A stretch of DNA of 29,537 nt from Armatimonadota bacterium (lineage in GTDB: Bacteria; Armatimonadota; UBA5829; DTLH01): positions 1 to 29,537 of the forward strand of contig JBDKSP010000067.1 in NCBI GenBank assembly GCA_039680575.1, read 5' to 3'. Shown piece after piece: positions 16,401-22,689 of this stretch (position 1 is the stretch's first letter; the number at the start of each line of letters is the position of its first letter). The position numbers and the translations under genes were made by a program. The notes below the pieces were generated by a model. The model worked only from the letters and a program-made list of their open reading frames with translations. It did not search any database and was not told the origin of the DNA.

Positions 16401-19193
16401 TTCCAGACAGATTTTCAACCATTCCGGTCTGTTATATGTAGTTATCACAAGGCTTATCACCTTGTCGGTCTCAGGCGGGGTGACATCCCCGATGAGATTG
16501 TGGTAGCAAACCGCCCAATCGTGTACATAACTGGCTGAAATTCCCGCTAACCCCACAGTAAAGCCTGCAGCCCAGGTAGAAGACCGGACTTCTTGAAGGA
16601 CATTCTGATCGGATGCTGTAACAAGATTGCATGTTGCACCCAACCTCCTCGCGTAAGCATTTTCCACGGCGAATTCATCTGGACCGGTGCTATTTCCCTC
16701 GCGGCCATTCATCAAGTCAGCATTACAGAGTGTAAGAACCGTCGGAATACCGGCTAACCGCGCTTTTTCTATGAGCAGCGGAGACAGCGAACCTTCAGAG
16801 TGGATAAAATGGACGAGGTCCACATCCTCATCTGTAAGGATCCTCCCGAAGACGCTTTCCAGACGCGGATCACCAAAACACCAGTATGGCGACGATGTCA
16901 GGCAGTTGATTGTTCTGATCTCGATACCATCCAGGCTCGTTTTGCCGATCTCATAGTCGGGAGTATCTTGTTTAGAGACCGGGTGCAGCATAACCGGCTT
17001 ATAACCGATCTCCTGCAGCGCTTTCGCAAACGGAAGCAGGTCACTCGACGTATCAGGAGCGACGATCATCACAGTCCCGCTCATCCCGTCGGTCGAAAAC
17101 TCATCACAATGGACCTCATCAGCCGGATTTTCTTCGCCCACAGGCTTGTAGACAAGCCGCTGCTCATCATCAAGACGGAACAGCTCGACTGATCCTCTGC
17201 TGATGCTGAACACGGACAGTGTGCTGAGAATATCGGCCTTGTCTGAGTTTCTAGCTTCCTCGATTTCGCGGCATACATCCTGCAGATAAGGGTCGTCCGC
17301 CATCTTGATCTGGTTTACGAGCTGCAGAGACTCATCCCATCGTCCAGCCTTCGCATAGGCCACTGCCAGATTGCTTGCCACATGGAGAGATTCCGGTACG
17401 AGAGTATGTGCGACTTCCAGAAAAATACAGGCTTTATCCAGAGCATCGAAAGGTGACTCAAGCAGCCTCGATCCGAAGTCCAGGCAGGCGTGGAAGTTAG
17501 CGGCGTCCTGATCGCGGCAGAGCTCGATAGCCGGATAAAGGTCCGCAAGGTCGATCTCTTCGCCAAGCCGCGCCATGGCCTTATCAAAAGCGGCCCGCGC
17601 GGTTTTCCTGATCTTCTCAGGTATCTGAGCCGTCATACTCTGCCCATGAGTCCGGTAATGGTAGAGCACCTCCGGCACATAGACCGGCTGGAACCGCTCC
17701 ATTATCCTGAGCCACATATCCCAGTCTTCAGCGCCTTCGAGTTCCGTGTCGTAGAGCCCGACTTCGTCCATACAGGTACGCCTGTACATAAACGATGCTA
17801 TACCGGGGTTGCATGAAAGCAGGCTGTAGTAATGCAGGTTCTGGTCACTTATCCTCTGTCCGGTGAGCCGGCCGTTATCGTCTATCCAGTCGAATGCGGA
17901 GCAGGCAAAACCTGCTTCCGGGTGGGCATCCAGGGCAGCGACAAGGGTTTCGAGGAACCCCGGCAGGCACAGGTTGTCCGCCGATGTCCATGTCAGGAGT
18001 TCACCTCTTGAAGCCGTAAAACCGGTGTTCAGCGCGCCCGGCAGCCGCTTGTTTTCCTGGTGAATCAACTTCACTCTTGGGTCTTTTATGCCGTCCAGAT
18101 AACTCCTGGTGCCGTCCGTAGATCCGTCGTTGACTATTATCAGCTCAAAATCTTTATACGTCTGCGCAAGCACGCTCTCGACTGCGTGAGGCAGATACTG
18201 CATATGGTTATACGAGGGCATTACCACCGACACACGCGGCGTTTTCTCCTCTTCTGGAGCCTGCACGGTAAACGAGCGAGCGCTGGGATGCTTTTTGAGG
18301 GACTCCCGGTATTCCCGGTTTCTATTTACATACTCCACAAGGTGCTGTCTGAAGGGAAATTGGTTGTCCGTCCTGAACGGATATGCTACCAGGCTCGGAC
18401 ATTTGTGGTTGCATACTTCAGCCGGTAGCGTATTCAGAGTCCCTTTGAAGAAATTACCGCACACTCTGCCTGAAAGGCAGGGGGTAATGTCCCCGTTAGG
18501 ATGCACGGTGAAGAAGTGCCGGTTCGCTTCGCACACGGACGAAGTCTTCTCGCACCTGAGATGCTTCCAGTCCTCCGGGCAGAGATACTGCGAGATAAAT
18601 TCTTTATATTCAGCGTATCCGGGGGATCTCGGGTTATCTACCAGGGCAAAATCCCCAGCTATATTTACAAAAACGCCGATCTCGTCGAACCTGGCAATAA
18701 GGTCATCCACCGACATATTATACTGGCTCTTCAGGATGTCCATGTTGTATGGGCTTGCCACAAAGTTCAGCATCCCCACCATACCAAGGTCGTTCAACAG
18801 GCGGATCTTCGATTCCTCCTGTTCCAGCGTATGATATTGAGTATGCCAGGAACAATTGAGTTTGACCTTGTCCGTCGGACAGCGTTTGGCTATCTTCTCT
18901 GCAAATGATATATTCGTATCCAGTCTGGAGCCGCTGATGACGTGATCGTATGCCGTCCACCCCTTTACGATGTCATAAGTGCCGTCGAGCAGGAACGGTT
19001 CGCCGCCCCAGCAGTAGAACTCGACATCATGGTCGCTGTAATTCCCCATGGCGCGGACCCATTCCTCCGGGGAATGCAGATCGAACATCGTGTCTCTTGT
19101 CGATTTCTCATCGTTTGAGACGAAGCAATAGGAACACCTGAAATTGCACCTCATTGTAGGGACAAATCTAAACAGCAGATACTTATCATCCAT
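13455..19193 (-). CDS. 1912-aa fusion: radical SAM - GT2 - TPR - partial GT4 - GT2 - GT4 - GT2
   Basis: Radical SAM CNFRCSYC, WGGEPF and twitch cysteines (aa ~1-290). GT2 VSVVMPSYNH...VNDGSTD...EDWDMW (from aa ~320). TPR-like helix pair. Degenerate GT4 N-domain (aa ~705-900). GT2 ISLVITTYNR...FFDDDD (from ~910). Full GT4 DRASGSLR...FVGNFNHPPNADA...GAGMKGKVGEALAWGLPVV (from ~1245). GT2 VSIVILAYNQ...LLNNDVVV...FEDDDYC (from ~1625). Confidence 0.88.
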   Translation of the reverse strand: MDDKYLLFRFVPTMRCNFRCSYCFVSNDEKSTRDTMFDLHSPEEWVRAMGNYSDHDVEFYCWGGEPFLLDGTYDIVKGWTAYDHVISGSRLDTNISFAEKIAKRCPTDKVKLNCSWHTQYHTLEQEESKIRLLNDLGMVGMLNFVASPYNMDILKSQYNMSVDDLIARFDEIGVFVNIAGDFALVDNPRSPGYAEYKEFISQYLCPEDWKHLRCEKTSSVCEANRHFFTVHPNGDITPCLSGRVCGNFFKGTLNTLPAEVCNHKCPSLVAYPFRTDNQFPFRQHLVEYVNRNREYRESLKKHPSARSFTVQAPEEEKTPRVSVVMPSYNHMQYLPHAVESVLAQTYKDFELIIVNDGSTDGTRSYLDGIKDPRVKLIHQENKRLPGALNTGFTASRGELLTWTSADNLCLPGFLETLVAALDAHPEAGFACSAFDWIDDNGRLTGQRISDQNLHYYSLLSCNPGIASFMYRRTCMDEVGLYDTELEGAEDWDMWLRIMERFQPVYVPEVLYHYRTHGQSMTAQIPEKIRKTARAAFDKAMARLGEEIDLADLYPAIELCRDQDAANFHACLDFGSRLLESPFDALDKACIFLEVAHTLVPESLHVASNLAVAYAKAGRWDESLQLVNQIKMADDPYLQDVCREIEEARNSDKADILSTLSVFSISRGSVELFRLDDEQRLVYKPVGEENPADEVHCDEFSTDGMSGTVMIVAPDTSSDLLPFAKALQEIGYKPVMLHPVSKQDTPDYEIGKTSLDGIEIRTINCLTSSPYWCFGDPRLESVFGRILTDEDVDLVHFIHSEGSLSPLLIEKARLAGIPTVLTLCNADLMNGREGNSTGPDEFAVENAYARRLGATCNLVTASDQNVLQEVRSSTWAAGFTVGLAGISASYVHDWAVCYHNLIGDVTPPETDKVISLVITTYNRPEWLKICLEGFCNQTLPSRNFEILVIDDHSDDDLSSIITEYSERIPLRYIRHDENRGVGAGRNTGAKAAKGDFVAFFDDDDRPTRRLLAEHMRSHLEHPEDNEAVLGYTSWDPELELTPVMYHVTEVGQQYLSYPSIKPNVPLPWHCFWGGTASIKRKLLMEVANFDEGTPVCEDMDLAFRLRHTGFKVYYNPRIISYILRSFDYSAFKKRRLTFGVAATQITRKHQSPELAAYFAVPDAAGKWNRVEPVLADLESNIGWLEESTLPELRAKAVDTANGVISAEQLLHQLYYSAFDAYRWKGYIDEVASIRNKALSERGEAPNILVIDKCLPYFDRASGSLRLFNMLKLLRKLGCSITFVSMMGSMEERYVPILESMGIEVHPWDPQALERAGYKVDKAPLDYESIFGGQKFDYAIMEFWDVAQYYMPLIRKYAPDTEVIVDTVDIHFVREMREAELKNDNPLMETAAHKKRMELNVYRQADRLWVITEQEKQTIGNIIKNVPVEVVPNIHGQVNVEKVFDQTSDLLFVGNFNHPPNADAVRYFCKEIFPTVQKQIPDIKLHVVGGNPPEDIKLLASDNIIVTGYVENLPDYLKMARVSVSPLRYGAGMKGKVGEALAWGLPVVTTSIGAEGMDLTHGHNVLIGDTPDEFASQVVNLYRDRGLWERLSQAGKQKAAEWSPESVESRLRKMLFGRSPAPREKTVSIVILAYNQLYYTKKCLESIEQYTNVPYELIVVDNCSTDGTADYLDSLTDRWEKSEIENGFCKAVKVIKNSENLGYAAGNNCGIAASTGDYVLLLNNDVVVTPGWLERLVRPMEYHSGVGITGPMSNFVSGSQLVKHACYNKSTLEGLNEFAAELAKEYNGEILSHVRVVGFSMLISRSVIEEVGGLDTRYGLGNFEDDDYCIRAVIAGFSVLIVKDCFVHHFGSQTFAGENIDRDRLIMKNWELFKEKWGLPSDIPHSGSLNLAPLIEKPFDPCCHYCAAAQLVKN

Positions 19194-20208
19194 TTATAAC
19201 GCACTCCATACTTTTAATTGAGCGATCAATGAGCCTGTTTGCCGCGAGCTTCATCTCCGCGACTCTCTTTGCCAGGTTAATCCTGAGCACTTGTTCGTTG
19301 GCTTTCATCCTGTCAACAGTCTCAGCGAGACGGCCGCTGTCTTTTATGTCGAGACAGTAATCCCCGATGCCCAGCTGCCCGGCAAGTCTTTTCACTTTGG
19401 GGCAATACGCGACAGAGACCGGCAGCACGCCCATCATTGCTGCCGCCAGCACGATGTGGAACCGCATGGCGACTACCATGCTGCAGCCGGTAAGCTCCGC
19501 GAGTATCGAGTTTTGACTCACAGGCAGGCCAAGCTGCTCCTGAGAATTGCTGCAGTCCGGGATAAGCGACTTTACACCGGCATGGCGCAGGGCTGCGCCC
19601 CACTCTACCCAGTCCAGGTCTCCGGTAATGTCGGGGTATGGGATATTTCGAAAGTTTGCGGAGATACCTCTTCCTGTCCGGCGCAGCCTGCCGAGAGTAT
19701 CGTTTGCGAACACCATGTCTACTCCGACTTCGGGAAGTTTCGATACTCCGGCCTTCACGAAGGCTTCTACGGAGTCTTCATCCCTCGTGTAAAAGAAATT
19801 CGCAGTGTCGCAGAAGAGTTTCAGTGAATTATTGAATTCCGAGTAGTCGAATGACCCGGTACTCAGCCCGATTACCCCATGAGGCACTCGGAGCTGGGGG
19901 TATACAGAGGTAAAATATCGAATAACGTCCGGAGCCCAGCGTTCTATCAACCCGCCGCCCACGAAATAGAGAAAATCCGAGCTATTGGCACGTTCTATCA
20001 ACCGGGAAGCTGCAAGTTTTTCGCTTACTTCCACAGTCTCTGTCGTAAATCCCTGCCGGCAGAGTTTTTTTTCGATCGTTTGATATATCAGTTGATCGCC
20101 GAAGTTGTTTTCATACAGGCAAACTACGAGAAGGACTCTGCCCTTCGAACCTGATGCATCGAGCTCTCCGGTTACAGAGTCATCAATCAATGACGAACTG
20201 CGTGACAT
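19186..20208 (-). CDS. Polysaccharide pyruvyl transferase family protein
   Basis: YENNFGDQLI, YFVGGGLI, YTRDEDS, VVAMRFHIVLAAAMMGVLPVSVAYCPKV are hallmark motifs of the CsaB/WcaK-like family. Overlaps the start of the giant GT gene by 8 nt. Confidence 0.85.
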   Translation of the reverse strand: MSRSSSLIDDSVTGELDASGSKGRVLLVVCLYENNFGDQLIYQTIEKKLCRQGFTTETVEVSEKLAASRLIERANSSDFLYFVGGGLIERWAPDVIRYFTSVYPQLRVPHGVIGLSTGSFDYSEFNNSLKLFCDTANFFYTRDEDSVEAFVKAGVSKLPEVGVDMVFANDTLGRLRRTGRGISANFRNIPYPDITGDLDWVEWGAALRHAGVKSLIPDCSNSQEQLGLPVSQNSILAELTGCSMVVAMRFHIVLAAAMMGVLPVSVAYCPKVKRLAGQLGIGDYCLDIKDSGRLAETVDRMKANEQVLRINLAKRVAEMKLAANRLIDRSIKSMECVING

Positions 20209-20274
20209 CTACTGCCTCATTGAGTTTTCATATTTAGTGAGTTCCAGATACACACCTGAAACCCTCCGAAATAC

Positions 20275-20303
20275 TCATCGACAGTTGGAGGTATAAACTT
20301 TAG
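20275..20303 (-). promoter_or_regulatory. Sigma-28 (FliA/SigD)-type promoter for the pyruvyltransferase/giant GT operon
   Basis: Minus strand reads CTAAAGTTT (20303-20295, matching the extended -35 TAAAGTTT), 16 nt from TAAA to GTCGATGA (20282-20275, vs GCCGATAA). Lies 66 nt upstream of the ATG at 20208. Confidence 0.62.
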
Positions 20304-20341
20304 CGTTTTTTGAAGTATCTTTGGAGTAAAATGCTGCTTCC

Positions 20342-20402
20342 TATGCTGGGCACGAAAGATATGCAACAATCTTCCGTTTATCTTCAGTTCAGTTCCCGCA
20401 GC
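20342..20402. repeat. ~60-bp GCTGCGGGAA...TTCCCGCAGC hairpin element, copy A (left arm degenerate)
   Basis: TATGCTG--GGCACGAAAGATATGC...TTATCTTCAGTTCAGTTCCCGCAGC aligns end to end with 22617-22678. Confidence 0.75.
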
Positions 20403-20498
20403 CATTGCGACTGTTACTATGCATCGGGACCGCAGTTCGTCCTACCCCGTGGACCCACTGGACCACGGGGAGAAGCACGACATTTGCCAATTTTCCGT

Positions 20499-20559
20499 TG
20501 CTGCGGGAATTAAATCTGTGTAAATCAGTAGATTATACAGACCTGCCATTCCCGCAGCA
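20499..20559. repeat. ~60-bp GCTGCGGGAA hairpin element, copy C (divergent core)
   Basis: Perfect 12-bp terminal inverted repeat TGCTGCGGGAAT/ATTCCCGCAGCA, with inner stems TCTGTGTA/TATACAGA and AATC/GATT. Confidence 0.7.
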
Positions 20560-20579
20560 TGCAACACCCACCAAGTATA

Positions 20580-21047
20580 TCAGCCGTTCAGGGGACGTCC
20601 CTTTTGCGGCTCATAGCGTTTTGTCTGCTCCGATTCCGCTGGATCCGGTATAAAATGCATGAATTTCTCTCCCTGGTGTACCAGCAATCCCATCTGGTTG
20701 TCCTGAATGTTTGGAAACACCGAAGCCGGTACCAACAGCTCCAATTCATTGCCCTCAACACCGAAGGTTATGAACCCGTTGACCACGTTGAGCAGCGTCA
20801 CTTCACCGGAAAGTCTGCCAACGCTCTTATTTGATATCCTGCGCCGCCCCGGGCCGCGTCCGAGTGTGTTTATGATTATGTATATCGGATTCAGCGGGGC
20901 GTCGATACTATCATCCCTCGTTCTACGTCTGAGCACGATAGCCCTAACCCGGCGCACAGGCTGCATTCGGTTCTTAACTGCAGACCATACCAATACCGAG
21001 AGCATACCGACTGTCGCCAGTATCAGCAAAAGAATAATTGTATCCAT
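20580..21047 (-). CDS. Membrane-anchored DUF2500 (YhhM-like) family protein
   Basis: Start reassigned to ATG 21047 (GGAG RBS), because the longer ORF start lies inside the REP cluster. N-terminal TM helix, then KNRMQPVRRVRAIVLRRR...ITFGVEG...GLLVHQGEKFMHF, the pattern I associate with DUF2500. Confidence 0.6.
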   Translation of the reverse strand: MDTIILLLILATVGMLSVLVWSAVKNRMQPVRRVRAIVLRRRTRDDSIDAPLNPIYIIINTLGRGPGRRRISNKSVGRLSGEVTLLNVVNGFITFGVEGNELELLVPASVFPNIQDNQMGLLVHQGEKFMHFIPDPAESEQTKRYEPQKGRPLNG

Positions 21048-21084
21048 ATGTCTTCTCCAACGGTAACAATCACCGCCTAATGGC

Positions 21085-21299
21085 AAGAGTTCAGAGTTGA
21101 TAAGTACAACATCATGCTGAATTATTACAACGTCATGCTGAGCTTGACTCAGCATCCAGGAAGAAAATGGACCCTGAATCTATGGATTTTCGGCTATAGC
21201 CGAAAATCTTCCGGGGAGAGTTTCAGGTAATACCTGAAACTCCTTAGTTCAGGGTGACGTGCTTCCATTCATGATGACGTGCTGATTGTTCAGGGTGAT
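21085..21299. repeat. CGTC-tagged REP-like cluster, copy 2, with a 65-nt two-hairpin insert
   Basis: CGTCATGCTGAGCTTGACTCAGCATCCA (21131-21158), then TGGACCCTGAATC[insert 21181-21245]AGTTCAGGGTGACG. Half units at 21110-21121, 21268-21279 and 21288-21299. Confidence 0.85.
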
Positions 21300-21330
21300 A
21301 TATGATTCTTGCAAGAGTGAACTATTACGC

Positions 21331-22602
21331 CTAAAGCCAATCCACGCCGGGAGCAGCCTTCGGCTTACCGTCCATTTCCAGCTTGATGACCGTATCATAG
21401 GGATGCGGCGGACGTTTCGGCATGTTTTTGATGAATGTCCTGTTGTTTGTCCCTCTGACCACATCAGCTTTTTGACCTGTCTGAAGGACAGTAGCCGATT
21501 TTATCTCGTTAGCGATATTAGGAATGACGACCTCGCCCTGTTTCGGCCAGCGGAAGACGTGAATATAGGCGTTATTGCCCTTGGCTGTAGTGCTTCCGAT
21601 GATCCCTGCGCCGAACGGGCATCTCTCCGAGCCATAGATCGACTCGCCGTTCACTCGCAGCCATTCGCCCATCGCGTGAAGCCGGACTTTTTCTTCGTTT
21701 CTTATCGTCCCGTCAGGTTTTGGCCCGATGTTAAGCAGGAAATTGCCCTCACACGCTGCCGCTGCAACCAGGTTCTGGATAAGCTGCGGCACGGTCTTCA
21801 TATTCGGGCTGTTCGCAATGTAGCCCCACCCGACCGAGTCACCTATGGTCATACAGGACTCCCAGCCACGCCCGTGCTCAGATGCTGTCACGTGCTGTTC
21901 CGGCGTGTCCAGGTCTTCACTTAAGCCGCATCGGTTGTTGATAAGTATATGCGGCTGCAGTTCCCGCACCATTTTGTTGACTTCACGAGCGCCCCAGAAC
22001 TCAGCGGCACGCTTGTCCGACTCTTTGTCAAAGAGTATGGCACCCTTGTTCATGTTCACGCCAGGCACCCAGTGGCCATCGTACCAGAGAATGTCTATCT
22101 TCCCATACTTCGTCATAAGTTCTCTGATTTGAGCGTGCGCCTGATCGATCATAGCTTTAGCGCTTTCCGGACGCGCTTTCGAATCGAAATAACCAGGGAA
22201 TCTCCAGTCGAGCCATGAGTAATAGAACCCTACCTTCAACCCTGCTCTTCGAGCCGCATCCACATATTCTGCTACAAAATCGCGTTTTGCAGCTGTTTTA
22301 ACGCTCGTGAAATCGCTTACATCACTGTCGAAAAGGCAAAAGCCCTCGTGATGCCGTGTTGCAAGCACCACATACTTCATCCCAGCGTCCTTTGCGACAG
22401 CCATCCAGGCATCTGCGTCGAACTTTTTGGGGTTGAACTTCTTCGCCAGTTTTGCGTACTCTTTTGCGGGGATCTGCTCATAAAGCCTCACCCACTCACC
22501 GCGGGAGAGCAGCGAATAGAGCCCCCAATGGATAAACATGCCGAACCTGGCATCATGGAACCATTTCATCCGTTCTTCATATGATGGAATCTGTACGGTC
22601 AA
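21331..22602 (-). CDS. GH29 alpha-L-fucosidase (cytoplasmic)
   Basis: WFHDARFGMFIHWGLYS, ATRHHEGFCLFDS, nucleophile motif ILWYDG, INNR, WESCMT, FLLNIGPKPDG. Start likely TTG 22602 after GGAGGG; the ORF-track start at 22647 lies inside a repeat. Confidence 0.92.
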   Translation of the reverse strand: MTVQIPSYEERMKWFHDARFGMFIHWGLYSLLSRGEWVRLYEQIPAKEYAKLAKKFNPKKFDADAWMAVAKDAGMKYVVLATRHHEGFCLFDSDVSDFTSVKTAAKRDFVAEYVDAARRAGLKVGFYYSWLDWRFPGYFDSKARPESAKAMIDQAHAQIRELMTKYGKIDILWYDGHWVPGVNMNKGAILFDKESDKRAAEFWGAREVNKMVRELQPHILINNRCGLSEDLDTPEQHVTASEHGRGWESCMTIGDSVGWGYIANSPNMKTVPQLIQNLVAAAACEGNFLLNIGPKPDGTIRNEEKVRLHAMGEWLRVNGESIYGSERCPFGAGIIGSTTAKGNNAYIHVFRWPKQGEVVIPNIANEIKSATVLQTGQKADVVRGTNNRTFIKNMPKRPPHPYDTVIKLEMDGKPKAAPGVDWL

Positions 22603-22616
22603 TTTTCCCTCCGTTT

Positions 22617-22678
22617 TATGCTGCGGGAACGAAAGATATGCGATCATTTTCGATTATCTTCAGTTTAGTTCCCGCAGC
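22617..22678. repeat. ~60-bp GCTGCGGGAA hairpin element, copy B
   Basis: GCTGCGGGAAC/GTTCCCGCAGC 11-bp terminal inverted repeat with inner AAGATA/TATCTT stem. Fills the gap between the GH38 stop and the GH29 RBS. Confidence 0.78.
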
Positions 22679-22689
22679 TTACAATGGTA

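Noticed and set aside
20403..20498. Hammerhead or HDV-like ribozyme, or a known riboswitch
   Set aside because: I could not find the CUGANGA/GAAA core, the HDV nested pseudoknot or any aptamer consensus on either strand.
20342..22678. Integron attC sites for the ~60-bp hairpin elements
   Set aside because: The length and imperfect palindromy fit, but the RYYYAAC/GTTRRRY core ends are absent and there is no integrase.
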